Shown in pieces: positions 15,625 through 27,147 of a stretch of 64,000 bases of DNA. Made by a program: the position numbers and the translations under genes. Each line of letters opens with the position of its first letter. Within the stretch, counting starts at the first letter, position 1. The notes under the pieces were generated by a model. It was not told the origin of the DNA, did no database searches, and worked only from the letters and a program-made list of their open reading frames with translations. The stretch is from an uncultured delta proteobacterium (GTDB lineage: Bacteria; Myxococcota; Myxococcia; Myxococcales; Myxococcaceae), in assembly GCA_963771175.1 (NCBI GenBank), contig CAVYSY010000006.1:1-64000 (forward strand), in the 5' to 3' direction.

Positions 15625-17859
15625 ATGCCCCTGCCCCATCGGCCGCCCGCCTCGCTCTCCCGATCGACACTCCTCACGATGGGGGGGCGCATCGCCGTGG
15701 TCATCGCCCTGACCACTCTCTTCAGCTACCTCCACGTGCTGAACTCCGTGCGCATCGAGAACCTCGCGCGGCTGGAGCGGTATGTCGTGGAACGCAGTCA
15801 GCGCGAGGAGGGCATCTTCCTGCTCGCCCAGGACAACCACATCGTCCTGCAGAAGGCCCTCGCGGAGCAGCTCCAGGCCTCGCAGAAGGAGGACGTGAGC
15901 GCTCGCTTCGACAGGCTCTTCGCCCGGAGGCCCGACGGCACCCTCCGCAACCGCCCCGAGGTCTTCGACGGCACGAAGATGCCGGGCGTCTTCATCCCCA
16001 AGGGCCTGGAGCCCGACGCCGAGCTGCGCCGACGCATCCTCGCCTCGTATGACGTGCTCGCCCAGTACGGGCCCGCCTTCTATACGCGCTTCACCAACAC
16101 CTTCATCGTGCTTCCCGAGGGCGTGCTCGTCCTCTACTGGCCCGATCGCCCCAACTGGTGCCTGGAGGCCGAGACCAAGTTCGACGTCGTCACCCTCGAC
16201 TTCTTCATCCGCAGCCTGCCCGAGAAGAACGCCGCCCGGCAGACCGTCTGGTGCAGCATCTACGCGGACCCCGGGACCCAGAAGCCCATGGTCTCGGTCT
16301 CCACCCCGCTGGATATCGCCGGCCGCCACGTCGCCACGTTCGGCCACGACGTGCTGCTGGATGAGTTGATGTCCCGTGCCGTCCGGGACCATCTGCCGGG
16401 CGCGTACAACATGATCCTCGACGACGAGGGTCAGCCCATCGCCCATCCCGAGCTGACCTCGAAGGGCGCCGACCACTCCCACCCCGGCGAGCACGACTCC
16501 GGTCCGCCCAGCGAAGTCCCCAACGGCACCGAGGAGCAGTGGCGCCACCTCCGGCTCATCTTCGAGCGGCTGAAGGCAACGCCCAACCAGATCCTGATGG
16601 AGCTGCCGGAATACGACGAGCACCTCGCCCAGGCTCGGCTCAAGGGCACCGGGTGGAACTTCGTCACGGTGCTCCCCGATAGCGTGGTGACCCAGCCGGC
16701 CATCGGCGCGGCGCGCTATGTCCTGCTGTTCGGCATCGCCTCGCTGCTGCTGGAGCTGGCCATCATGTACTGGGTGCTCCAGCAGCAGATCACCCGCCCC
16801 TTGCTGGACTTCACCCAGGCCGCGGATCGGGTGGCGGCCGGGGACTTCAAAGTCGAGCTGGACACCTCACGCCGCGACGAGCTGGGGCAGCTCGCTCGCG
16901 CCTTCCGGCAGATGGCCGACCAGGTGCAACGGCGCGAGGAGGAGCTGCGCCAGGCCAACGAGGGACTGGAGCAGCGCGTCGAGGAGCGCACCCGGGAGCT
17001 CAAGGACGTCCACCAACAGCTCGTGCGGACGGCCCGGCAGGCGGGCATGGCGGAGGTCGCCACCAACGTGCTGCACAACGTGGGCAACGTGCTCAACAGC
17101 GTCTACACCTCCGCCCAGGTCTCCAAGGAGCACCTGTCCAAGATGCGGCTGGAGCACGTGGGCCGCGTCGCCAACATGCTCCAGGAGAACCAGGGAGACC
17201 TCTGCACCTTCCTCCTCCAGGACGAGCGCGGTCGACACGTCATCCCCTTCCTGCAGAAGCTGGGGAAGAACCTCCTGGAAGAGCGCCAGGAGATGGTCTC
17301 GCTGCTCGACGACGTCGGCCGGTACACCGAGCACATCGGCGACATCGTCAAGGTGCAGCAGGACCACGCCCGGCCGCCTCGACTCGACGAGCCGGTCCTC
17401 CTCACGGAGCTGGTGGAGGACGCCCTGCGCATCAACCAGGCCGGGCTCGCCCGCCATCAGGTGAAGGTGGAGAAGAACCTGGAGTCCCTGCAGCCCGTGC
17501 TGACCGACAAGCACAAGATGTTGATGATCCTCGTCAACCTCATCAGCAACGCCAAGTACGCCATGGACGAGGTGCCTCCGGGCGAGCGTCGCCTGACGGT
17601 GCGGCTGGTGACCCCCTCCGCCGAGCTCCTCCGCCTCGAAATCCAAGACAACGGCATCGGCATCGCGCCGGAGATGATCACCCGCATCTTCCAGTACGGG
17701 TTCACCACGCGCGCCGAGGGGCATGGTTTCGGCCTGCACTCCAGTGCACTGGCGGCCCAGGAGCTGGGCGGCTCGCTCACGGCCCACAGCGACGGTCCGG
17801 GGACCGGGGCCACGTTCATCCTGGAGTTGCCCTACCAGCCAGCCCAGGTGGCGGCCTGA
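15625..17859 (+). CDS. Membrane sensor histidine kinase (Cache-like sensor, HAMP, HATPase)
   Basis: Two TM segments, HAMP (RRDELGQLARAF), ATNVLHNVGNVL H-box, NLISNA, DNGIGI, GHGFGL. Confidence 0.92.
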   Translation: MPLPHRPPASLSRSTLLTMGGRIAVVIALTTLFSYLHVLNSVRIENLARLERYVVERSQREEGIFLLAQDNHIVLQKALAEQLQASQKEDVSARFDRLFARRPDGTLRNRPEVFDGTKMPGVFIPKGLEPDAELRRRILASYDVLAQYGPAFYTRFTNTFIVLPEGVLVLYWPDRPNWCLEAETKFDVVTLDFFIRSLPEKNAARQTVWCSIYADPGTQKPMVSVSTPLDIAGRHVATFGHDVLLDELMSRAVRDHLPGAYNMILDDEGQPIAHPELTSKGADHSHPGEHDSGPPSEVPNGTEEQWRHLRLIFERLKATPNQILMELPEYDEHLAQARLKGTGWNFVTVLPDSVVTQPAIGAARYVLLFGIASLLLELAIMYWVLQQQITRPLLDFTQAADRVAAGDFKVELDTSRRDELGQLARAFRQMADQVQRREEELRQANEGLEQRVEERTRELKDVHQQLVRTARQAGMAEVATNVLHNVGNVLNSVYTSAQVSKEHLSKMRLEHVGRVANMLQENQGDLCTFLLQDERGRHVIPFLQKLGKNLLEERQEMVSLLDDVGRYTEHIGDIVKVQQDHARPPRLDEPVLLTELVEDALRINQAGLARHQVKVEKNLESLQPVLTDKHKMLMILVNLISNAKYAMDEVPPGERRLTVRLVTPSAELLRLEIQDNGIGIAPEMITRIFQYGFTTRAEGHGFGLHSSALAAQELGGSLTAHSDGPGTGATFILELPYQPAQVAA

Positions 17860-17889
17860 GCGTCTCCGCCCTCCTCCTGGGCGCCGACT

Positions 17890-18688
17890 TCAGTTGTTCC
17901 GCGCCCGCTCCGCGAGTGCCCGCACCACCTCCCGCTCCAGCTCGTCCTCCGGCTCCAGCGGCTCCTCCCGTTGCTCCGCCACCTGCCTCGAACGCCCATC
18001 CCGCCGCTGGTTCAGCTCCAACAGCCGCTGGTACCTCATCTGCTCGTTCGTCTCGAGGGCGAGCCGCGCGGCCCGCTCCGTCAGCTTGAGGATGCCCTGC
18101 GCATCCAGCACGTTCGTGGAGTCCAACTGGTCCAGCGGCGTCTGCTCCAGCCGCCCCAGCGACATCCGCTCCAGTCGGAAGCCCAGCAGGTCCGTCCCCA
18201 CCTCCATCATCACGTGCTCGATGAAGAGGTTCCGGTCCGCCACCAGCTCGTCGAAGTTGAACGTGCTCGCCGCGCTCGCCAGCACGCCGGCGAACCGCTC
18301 CTCGAAGAGCGCCTGCACCTCCTCCGCCCGATTCGCCCTCCCACACCCCACCTCCCTCGCCACCCTCAGGACGTCCGCCTCCCGCCGCTCCACCTTCACC
18401 AGGAACGTGGCCCGCATGTCCGCGCGGATGCCGTCCCGACACGACAGCCCCTGCCGGCCCCGGCGCTCCACCACCACCTTGCGCACCGACAGGTCCAGCA
18501 CCTCCGCCCGGTGCACCCCCGGCAGCACCAGCGCTCCGTCGAAGCACACGCGCGCCGGCTCCCCCGCGACCAGGAGGACCAGCGCCTCGCCCGCTCCGAC
18601 CCGCCGGTAGCTCCACAGCAGGTACACGGCACACAGCAGGCTCACGGCCAACGCGCTCGTGCAGGCGATCAGAACGGGGGTCTCCACG
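17890..18688 (-). CDS. SPFH/flotillin (band 7) domain protein, short; start approximate
   Basis: N-terminal TM then GEALVL, GALVLPGVHRAEVLDLSV, GLSCRDGIRADM, NVLDAQG resembling YqiK-type flotillin N-termini. Confidence 0.7.
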
Positions 18689-18871
18689 GGTGGGGGGCTC
18701 CAGGTGGATGGGGGTCCGGAGTCCACCACGCCCGCCCCCCGGATGCCACAGGGCCCGGCCCACACGCCTGGTTACAGCCTCTTCACCCCGCGCCCCATCG
18801 AGAGCCGCACCGCCGCCCTCAACCCATCCGCCCTCTGAGCGCGTTGCCCCGAGGGCGGGCGGCGACGGGGC

Positions 18872-19381
18872 CTACTCCTTCTTCTGGCGCTTCAGCGCCT
18901 TCTGGAGCTTCTTCATCTTCTCCAGGATGAGGCCCCGCTTCAGCCCCGACAGGTGGTCCACGAAGACGTGCCCGTCCAGGTGGTCGATCTCATGCTGCAG
19001 CACGTGCGCCAGACGGCCCTCCACCTCCAGCTCGTGCCACTCGCCCGCCCGGTCCTGGTACTTCACCTTCACCTTGTGGAAGCGCGGCGTCTTCTCGAAC
19101 TGGTCCGGCACCGACAGGCACCCCTCCTCCAGCGTCACCGGCCCCGACTTCTCCAGAATCTGCGGGTTGATGATCTCGAAGAACGTCCCGTCCTCCCGCC
19201 CCACCCACGAAAGCCGCAGCGGCACCCCAATCTGCGTCGCCGCGATGCCGATGCCTTCCGCCTCCTTCATGGACTCCATCATCTCGTCCAACAGCTTCGT
19301 CAGTGCCTCTCCGAAGTCCGTCACCGGCTTCGTCGGCGTGGTCAGTACCTTGTTGGGCCAGATGACGATGTCGCGAGCCAT
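18872..19381 (-). CDS. def: Peptide deformylase
   Basis: GIGIAATQIG, EEGCLSVP, QHEIDHLDG motifs. Confidence 0.97.
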   Translation of the reverse strand: MARDIVIWPNKVLTTPTKPVTDFGEALTKLLDEMMESMKEAEGIGIAATQIGVPLRLSWVGREDGTFFEIINPQILEKSGPVTLEEGCLSVPDQFEKTPRFHKVKVKYQDRAGEWHELEVEGRLAHVLQHEIDHLDGHVFVDHLSGLKRGLILEKMKKLQKALKRQKKE

Positions 19382-19541
19382 ACGGTGTCTCTTCTCCCTG
19401 CGTGATCGCGCGTGAGGGGCCTTTCTACACCGGGCCCGACCCCTTGCGCTCCCCGAGTTGCCCTTCCCGCTTCCGCCTCGACTCCCCCACCCCCATCCGC
19501 CCCAGGAGCGCCCAGAGAGCGGGTCTGCTACACCCCTGCGT

Positions 19542-20024
19542 ATGCACCCCAACGCCCAGCTCCTCACCGACTTCTACTCGGCCTTCCAGCGCCGGGACGC
19601 CCAGGCCATGGCCGCCTGCTACCACCCCGACGCCGAGTTCTCCGACCCCGCCTTCCCCGGCCTCCGCCACGCCCAGGTCACCTCCATGTGGAGCATGCTC
19701 TGCGAGCGCGGCAAGGACCTCGAGCTCACCTTCCGCGACATCCAGGCCGATGACCGGACGGGTCGCGCTCACTGGGAGGCGACGTACACGTTCTCCGGCT
19801 CCGGGCGGAAGGTCCTCAACCGCATCGACGCCGAGTTCGAGTTCAAGGACGGGAAGATCCTCCGCCACACCGACCGGTTCGACTTCTGGACGTGGTCCCG
19901 CCAGGCCCTCGGGCCCGTGGGCATGCTCCTCGGGTGGACCCCCTTCCTGCGCAACAAGGTCCAGGGCACGGCCCGCGCCTCCCTCGACAAGTACATGAAG
20001 GAGCGCGGGATTACCGGGGCGTGA
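19542..20024 (+). CDS. NTF2/SnoaL-like fold protein
   Basis: FYSAFQRRDAQAMAACYHPDAEFSDPAF ... FEFKDGKILRHTDRFD. Confidence 0.88.
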   Translation: MHPNAQLLTDFYSAFQRRDAQAMAACYHPDAEFSDPAFPGLRHAQVTSMWSMLCERGKDLELTFRDIQADDRTGRAHWEATYTFSGSGRKVLNRIDAEFEFKDGKILRHTDRFDFWTWSRQALGPVGMLLGWTPFLRNKVQGTARASLDKYMKERGITGA

Positions 20025-20195
20025 GCTTCCGGTGTCTTGCACGGCTTGCAGGGCGTACCTGCATGGGTCCACCTTGCAGCCCCTTCCGGCAAGAATCGGT
20101 TGCAATGCAATCAAATCAAGGAGTTACGGCGCGAGCCGAGACGTAGATCGTCGTGAGGCAACGCCGCAGCAGCGGCACGCACCAGGAGGAAGGTC

Positions 20196-22463
20196 TTGAG
20201 TCTCGGCGAGAAGCTGGGTGCCTACATCGAGAGCCAGGGGAGGAAGCAGGCTGAGGTAGCGGCAACCTGGGTCGAAGATGGAAGAAGAGGGGCAAGGAGC
20301 CGCGGCGCGACACCACCGTCAACTCCCACCTCAACCGCCTCATCAAGGACAACCCCCAGGGAGTCCGATTCTTCTCCTCCGATCCCGCCCGCGGGGCCCT
20401 GCTGCTCGATGTCCTGCAGGTTCCCACCGAGAGGCGACCCGAGCTGCTCGACCTGGCTGAGCGTGCCTTGAAGTCCGAGGAGACGCCCGCCCGGCTCATC
20501 GTTGATGCAACGAGGTGGCCCAAGAGCGGGGAACGCGCGGATGCCTTGTTCGCGAGCGTCAACCAGCGACTCTGCTCGTCCAGGGACCCTTCCCCGTCCT
20601 GCTCATCATCCTCGATGAGCAATACGATCGTCTGCACGCAGCTTCGACGAACTCAAGGACAAGCTCCGATACGTCCGCGTCAAGAACGAGAAGAAGGCTG
20701 GGAGCGCGTCCTGGAGTTCGCGGAAGAGCAGGGGCATGGTCATCTCACCTCGTCGGTTCGATGACTTCGAGCGATGGCTCGCTGCCGAGTTCGATGGGAC
20801 CACGCTCCTCTTCGAGCCGACGGACGGGCTGGAGCTGTTCCGAGCCTCCGGGCGCCTGCCAGCATTGAAAGAGGTTCAACATGCTCTCTCGGCGTTGGTG
20901 CCGGAGGGACAGGAGACGCCCACCCAGCTCCCGGGCCCCCCTCGTCAGCTCCATCAATGGATGCGCGCCCTTCGTTCCGAGGAGGGCTCCGCCAGCTCGG
21001 ACTGAGTCCGGCCAAGCGCCAGTGGATTGCCAAGGAGCTCTGGCATCACCGCGACGTCCACCGCTCAGGAGCGGTTCGAGGCGGCGCTCAACGCACTGGC
21101 TCGGGAGCTTCCCGTTTCCCTGACGACGTGCTCGGAGGACGAGCTCAAGAACCACCTGACACGGGCCAACCGGCGCACGGTAGGTCCTCTCGCGCTGCGA
21201 GTCGGCAATACCGTTCACCTCCTCAACCTGGGAGCCGATACGGCCGCGCATACTCAGGACCGCCCCTGGGTCCAGGTGCACGACATCCAGCCCAAGCCCA
21301 CGCCGTTGAGCCGATTGCTGGAAGTCGTGGACCAATGGACCGAGGAGATTTCCTCGCGGACCCCTTCCTGGAGTACCTCATCGAGCGGCTAGACCCCGAC
21401 CGCAAGGAGCGCTCCGCCTTCCTCCATGCGCGAGCGGGGTTGGTGCTGACCAAGGCCCTGAAGCCGAAACCCACCCCCTACGTCTCGGACTGGCAGTCCG
21501 CGCTGGCGGAGTTGCTCTCAGGTGCCCCTCCCACCGCCAGACTCCGGATCCACGTCACGAACAGCAAGGACTCCCTCTGGGACTATGGCGGGGTCCAGCC
21601 CCCACCTTCGTGCGACGAAGGCTCCGACTGAGCTGGCCAATGAAAATCGACCCGAGGGAGTTGCACCTGCTCCCTCCCTTGGAAGACCTGCTGCTGACAC
21701 GAGCTGACACGCTCGTTGGCTTCCAGGGATACATAGAGTCACGCCGCTTTGGTGCGAGGATACCAGTCCTTCGACTCCCATTCGATCCTGCCAGCGAAGC
21801 CGGAAGCATCGCGAGACACGGAGAGCTGGCTCAATGCATTCGAGGGCTCGTGTCTGCTGCGGCGACAGAACAATACGACTTCTACGCCACCAAGCGGAAG
21901 CTGCCCGGCGACTGGATCTCCTCCTCTCTCCCGAATGGAAGACCCAGCCCGGCTTCAGCTCCGTTCCCGACATCTGGCAGGAAGCCGATCTTGAACTCGC
22001 CTTCGCTTGGATTGCCCTGCGTCGCGCACTCGCCCAGCCCCAGCACATCCAGCTTCCCGACGGGGCCATCCTCCTCCACACAGGAGGACCCTTCTTCGCG
22101 GAGCTGCGCATCCTCCCCCGAGCCCACACTTCTCCCCAGCCGTCCGTCCTTGCGAGCCTCCTCATGGTGATTCCTTGGGAGACCGTCGATTCCAACCAGG
22201 ATCAGACGGTCCTTCCTCTGGACTTCCGACACGTCATCGCGACGCACACGGTGAAGGGCAGCTATGACTTCGGCGCACGGCTTCCCCTGCAGATTTCCCT
22301 CATCGGCGCACGCTTCTACGCCACCATCCGATTCCGGGGCTCCGCACTCTTCGCCGACACATCCTCCTCCGTGATGCCCGCTGCCGCCGCAGTCGCACGA
22401 AGCGAGGACGAGCACGAAGAGGAGGAGGAAGAGCGCCGACGCCAGGATGACGACGACGACTAA
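20196..22463 (+). pseudogene. Large hypothetical gene (about 750 codons) with an N-terminal XRE-like HTH, multiply frameshifted
   Basis: GGAGG RBS, SLGEKLGAYIESQGRKQAEVA...TVNSHLNRL; successive overlapping protein-like fragments 20468, 20736, 21027, 21610, 21834; acidic C-terminus. Confidence 0.5.
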
Positions 22464-22583
22464 CGACGACTCCGATGATTACTGACGGCGTACCCGCCCG
22501 GATGCCGCCCCCCCGGTGCCATCCGGTCCTCTGAGAAAATGCACAGGAAGGAAGCGTTCCACTCCAGCCCTCTCCCAAAAGGG

Positions 22584-24167
22584 GTCAGGTTTATACACGG
22601 AGGGGGAGCAGGCATGGCGGAGAGGGGTTGAAGCCCGGTGTGCCAGAGAGGTGACCTCTGGAGTCCAGCCCAGGGAGACCACTTCCGAGGACAGCAGCCA
22701 GCGCAGATGGGTGTTGAAGCATGCTGGAGGAGTACCAGCATGTTGACGACCGAGGAGTTGTTCGCGCCAGGGTGCTTTGGGCCACTGGACGAGTGGCTAC
22801 GCCGCAGGGCGATGCTGATTTTGGAGGCGGTGGAGCAACGGCCCGCCGCCCTCTTCAACTCGCTCTTCGACAGGGCGCGAGAGCGGATAGGGGCCTACCG
22901 GCTGTGTGCCCACGAGGAGGTGGACATGCAGCGGTTGTTGAGGCCAGCGGCCCAAGCACTGGCCAGTCGGGTGGCGCAGCAGGCCCCAGGGCAGGTGGTG
23001 CTGTGCGTGCATGACCGCACCGAGGTCAACCTCACCCACCTGGCCGACTCCATGAAGAACCTGGGGGAGATTGGCAACCCGGAGTGTCGCGGCTTCTTCT
23101 TGCAGACGGGCCTGTGCGTGTCGCCCGAGGGGGTGGCGTTGGGGGTGCTGACGGCGCAGACATGGATTCGCCCGCCCCAGGAGCACGGCAAGGCACGCCA
23201 GCGCAGGAAGCATGGTTTCGCGCAGAAGGAGAGTTACCGCTGGTGGCTGGGCATGAAAGAGGCCCACGAGCGAGTGGGCCAACCACAAGCCCTGGTGCAC
23301 GTCATTGATGCCGAAGGAGACGCGTACGAATTGGCGCGGCACGCACACGTCAACGGGGTGCGCCTGCTGGTGAGGGCGGCGCAGAACAGACGGGTGGAGG
23401 GTGAAGCGGGCCACCTGTGGCAAGCGGTGGAGAACTTCCAGGCACGAGGCAGCCGCACCATCCGACTGCCGGCGCGCCCGGCACTCGACGGTAAGCCGGC
23501 GCACCCCGCGCGCCCGGCCACGGTGACGCTGCGCTACGGGCAGGTGCGGCTGCGAGCTTCCCCACGGGGACGAGGGCAGCCTGCCCATGGGGGCCGTGCT
23601 GGTGCGTGAGGAGACGCCCCCCGAGGGGCATGAAGGGGTGGAGTGGCTGCTGTTGACGACGGACGAGGTGCACAGCCCCCAAGAGGCATGGCAGCGCGTG
23701 GACTGGTACACCCTGAGGTGGACGATTGAGGACTTCCACAAGTGCCTCAAGACGGGCTGCGCCCTGGAGAAGCGCCAGTTGGAAGACAGGGAGCACCTGG
23801 AAAACGCTCTGGTATTCATGATGCTGGCCAGCGTGAGGCTGCTGGCCATGCGCAACCTGTCGCGCTCCCAGCCGGACACTCCTGCCAGCGAGCACCTGGA
23901 GAAGGAGGAGGTGGCGGTGGTGCGCCTGATGGCGCCCGGCCTGGGCTGTGCTGTACCCGGACCTGATGCCACCCTGGGCCAGGTGGTACCCTTGATTGCT
24001 CGGCTCGGAGGACACATGGGCCGTAATGGCGATGGTCCTCCGGGCTGGATTACCCTCTGGCGCGGCTGGCAGCGACTGAGTGAGCGGGTCGAGGGCTATC
24101 GTCTGGCCCTCTCCCTCTTATCCTTGTCCCCTCGCCAGCCCTTCTCATAGCCGAGTACAAACCTGAC
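22584..24167 (+). mobile_element. IS4-family (IS50/Tn5-like) insertion sequence, 1584 bp
   Basis: 17-bp IRs GTCAGGTTTATACACGG / GTCAGGTTTGTACTCGG; flanking direct repeat CCCAAAAGGG at 22574-22583 and 24168-24177 (IR/DR boundary ambiguous by a few bp). Confidence 0.9.
22707..24150 (+). CDS. IS4 family DDE transposase; frameshift near 23570
   Basis: LCVHDRTE, HVIDAEGD, WLLLTT, YTLRWTIEDFHKCLKTG (YREK motif), ARLGGH...PPGWITLWRGW. Confidence 0.92.
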
Positions 24168-24205
24168 CCCAAAAGGGAGAGGGGGCTTGCACGGGCACAA
24201 TTGAC

Positions 24206-25715
24206 TCAGTGATGGCTCGTCCGGCCGTCCCGCGTCGCTTCCGTGTCGCCCTTGCGCAGCGCGTCCTTGAGCAGCTCGTGCGCGTCCAGCTTCGTGCGCT
24301 CCACGTGGCTCGCCGTCGACAGCGCCTCCTTGTAGCCAGCCGCCACGAACGCCTGGAAATCCGTCGTCGCCAGCCGGTACGTCGCGTCTGGCTTCACCGG
24401 CTCGTAACCGGCGCTCGGGTTGCTCGGGTCCTTCAGCACCTGGAGCCCTTCCACCCGCCCGTCCTTCACCTCGTAACGGACTCCGCTCTGCTGGCTGTAG
24501 CCGTCCGTCCCCCGCTTCGACTCGCTCAGCGCCACCCAGTCCGCGAGCCGCGCTCCCGTCACCGCCGCCGTCACCACCACGTTCCGGTACGGAATCGCCC
24601 CGTAGAAGTCCTCCACCTTCACCTCCCCCGCCGGCAACCCCGCTCGGAAGCCCGCCGACGTCGCGAAGAAGGCGTGCGCCCCCGCGGCCCGTCTCAGCAC
24701 CTCCGTCGCCCAGTTGCCCACCTCCGTCTCCCCCGTCGAGATGCCCTCGTCCCCCAACGGCTTCGTCAGCCGGCCCAGCACCTCGAAGCGCTCCGGCCTC
24801 TTCGCCTCCAGCGCTCGCTGCAGCTCCGCCACCTTCGCCGCCGTCTCCGCTTCCTCCGGCTTCGTCCCGTCCAGCTTCACCAGCCCGCCGCTCACCCGCT
24901 CCAGCTCCTTCCCCCGGAAGTGCAGCCGCACCTCCGAGAGGTAGCTCAGGTATTGGTACGGGGACAGGTAGTACGTCCGGGTTCCCGGCAGCACTCGCAG
25001 CTCCCCCTTGTAGTGCGAGTGAGAGCCCAGGATGAGGTCGATGCCCGGCACCTCCCGCGCCAGCGCCTCGTCGTCCTCGCGCAACTGGTGCCCGATGAAC
25101 ACCACCGCGTCCACGTGCTCCTCGTTCCGCAAGGCGTGCACCGCCGCCCTCGCCGCCTCCTTCTCGTCCGTCCACCTCGTCCCCGCCGGCAGGTTCTCCG
25201 CCTTCACCATCCGCTGCGTGTCCGGCCCCGCCACCGCGAAGAAGCCCAACCGCACCCCTCCTACCTCGCGCACCAGGTACGGCTTGCCCTCCACCTGGAA
25301 GTACGGCGCTCCGTCCGCTCGCACCAGGTTCGCGCACAGCAGCGGGTACTGGATTCCCGCTCGGCACTGCTCGAACTTCTCCGCCCCGTAGTCCAGGTCG
25401 TGGTTCCCCAACGCCATCATGTCCACCACCCCGTTGAACCACGGCCACTCCACGCACCCGTACTCGTCACTCCACGTGGGCACGCCCTTGTTCACCGTGT
25501 CCCCCCCCGACACCACCAGCGTGTCCGGGCGCGACTTCGCCTCACGGAGATACGCCAGCCCCCTCGCCACCCCGCCCTGTCCGGGCTCGCCCTCCGAATA
25601 GAAGGGGACCGCGTGCGAGTGGTAGTCCGTCATCCCCACCAGCGTCACCGTGCGCGTCGTCTGGCAGGCCGGGAGGAACAGGAGACAGGCAAGAAGGGCG
25701 AGGGGCGTTCTTCAT
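24206..25715 (-). CDS. Bifunctional metallophosphatase/5'-nucleotidase lipoprotein; apparent frameshift in the signal peptide near 25705
   Basis: TDYHSH, GGDT, ALGNHDLDYG, DLILGSHSH, C-terminal 5'-nucleotidase domain; in-frame upstream LALLACLLFLPAC lipobox. Confidence 0.9.
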
Positions 25716-25771
25716 GGGTATGCGGGAGCTCCTTCCCACTCCCATCACACCCCGCGCCTCGTGGCGTCAAG

Positions 25772-26095
25772 CTACGTCCGGCGCAGCAGGGCGACGCCTA
25801 CCAGGATGAGCACCACCGCCGTGACGCGGGCCACCGACAGGCCCTCTCCGAAGAGGAAGACGCTGAAGCCGAGCGCCAGCGCCGCCTCCAGCCCGAGCAC
25901 CGCGATGTACACCACGCCCATGTCCGCCCGGCGCATCGCCAGCGACTGGAGCACCGCCCCCACCCCGAACAGCGCCAGGAACGCCAGCGTCGGCAGCGGG
26001 CGCGAGACTCCCCCCGCCATCTTCATGAAGATGCCCCCCGACGCGAAGCACGTGGCCGCGAGGAACAGCAGCACCCAGTCGAATCCCGACGCCAT
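25772..26095 (-). CDS. SMR/DMT family small transporter
   Basis: 107 aa, four hydrophobic helices, MGVVYIAVLGLE, FLFGEGLS, LILVGVALL. Confidence 0.8.
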   Translation of the reverse strand: MASGFDWVLLFLAATCFASGGIFMKMAGGVSRPLPTLAFLALFGVGAVLQSLAMRRADMGVVYIAVLGLEAALALGFSVFLFGEGLSVARVTAVVLILVGVALLRRT

Positions 26096-26109
26096 GCCCG
26101 CTCACTGTC

Positions 26110-26526
26110 TCACGGGAACGCCGGCAGCGGCGTGACGTCCGGCTCCACCCACTCGCGCCGCGCCACCTCCGAGTCCAGCGTCTCCTTCCGGTAGTGGCGC
26201 TCCAGCAGCCTCCCGTCCAGCAGCTCCGGGTGCACCTTCATGAACGCGTCGAACGACTCCAGCTCCGGCGTCTCTCGCAGCGCACGGTACACGTGCGCGC
26301 TCCACGCCCGCGTCACCGTCTCGTGGTACTTGCCCACCGCCCCCAGCGCCGTGGCGTAGCGCTGGATGGTTTCCTGGATGCGCACGTAGCCCGCATCGGG
26401 CCCGTGGCGCCGCAGGTACAGCCACCCCAGCCGCACGTGCTCCCGGTGGCCGAAGCGCTCCCCGGGCCACGTCGCCGCCTCCACCGCCGTGAGGAACTCG
26501 TCGTCGCTCGCCGTCTCCGGATTCAT
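26110..26526 (-). CDS. Hypothetical protein
   Basis: DDEFLTAVE, FGHREHVRLGWLYL, KYHETVTRAW, REWVEPD; GGAG RBS; adjacent and co-oriented with the SMR gene. Confidence 0.75.
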   Translation of the reverse strand: MNPETASDDEFLTAVEAATWPGERFGHREHVRLGWLYLRRHGPDAGYVRIQETIQRYATALGAVGKYHETVTRAWSAHVYRALRETPELESFDAFMKVHPELLDGRLLERHYRKETLDSEVARREWVEPDVTPLPAFP

Positions 26527-26693
26527 GTCCGCGTGTCTCCTGGGATTTCCGAGGGGAGCGGGGTTCTTCTCACACCCGCTCGCCCTTGGGGAGCGCATCC
26601 CGCGCTAGGGACGGGGGCGCCATCCAGAAGTTCCACCAGGCGGCGGATTGGCTTGCCCTGGAGTGAGGGAGGGGCCCAAGCCTTCCCGGGTGC

Positions 26694-27068
26694 CTACTGG
26701 GGGTGGGCGGGAGCTGGGTTGCCGGCCTTGATCCAGTGGGCGAGCGCGAGCGCTTCGTCCGTGGAGAGGAGGCTGACGAAGCTGGGCATCACCGTTCCGG
26801 GGCGGACCTTCGGGAGGTCGAGGATGGACATGGCGACCACCTCCGCCGATTTGTCGCGCGCCTTGGCGAGCATGGGGGCGTAGGCGCTGCCCGGTCCATG
26901 GCAGCTCCGGCAGCCCAGCTTGGAGAAGAGGTGCTCCGGTGTCCGAGCCTCGTTGGCCGTGGGCGTGGCCGGGGGGGGCACGGGAGCCGCCTTCTCCTGC
27001 TTGTCCGAGCAAGCGGAGAGGGCCAGGGTCATCGACAGGAGCGCGGTGCGCGCCAGCGGGAGGGACAT
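26694..27068 (-). CDS. Monoheme cytochrome c lipoprotein
   Basis: Lipobox LSAC, heme motif CRSCH, distal VMPSF Met. Confidence 0.85.
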   Translation of the reverse strand: MSLPLARTALLSMTLALSACSDKQEKAAPVPPPATPTANEARTPEHLFSKLGCRSCHGPGSAYAPMLAKARDKSAEVVAMSILDLPKVRPGTVMPSFVSLLSTDEALALAHWIKAGNPAPAHPQ

Positions 27069-27147
27069 GCCGGGAAGTTTGCCACGGCTCGAGCCACGGC
27101 GGATACCAACCTCCGTGGCTCCCGTACCCCGCGAGGGTCGCGCCGCT

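Noticed and set aside
23560..23600. Programmed frameshift in the transposase
   Set aside because: IS4 transposases are single ORFs and no slippery A-run is visible; an indel is more likely
26527..26690. Guanidine riboswitch upstream of the SMR operon
   Set aside because: No paired ACGR-loop hairpins or other recognisable motif on the minus strand
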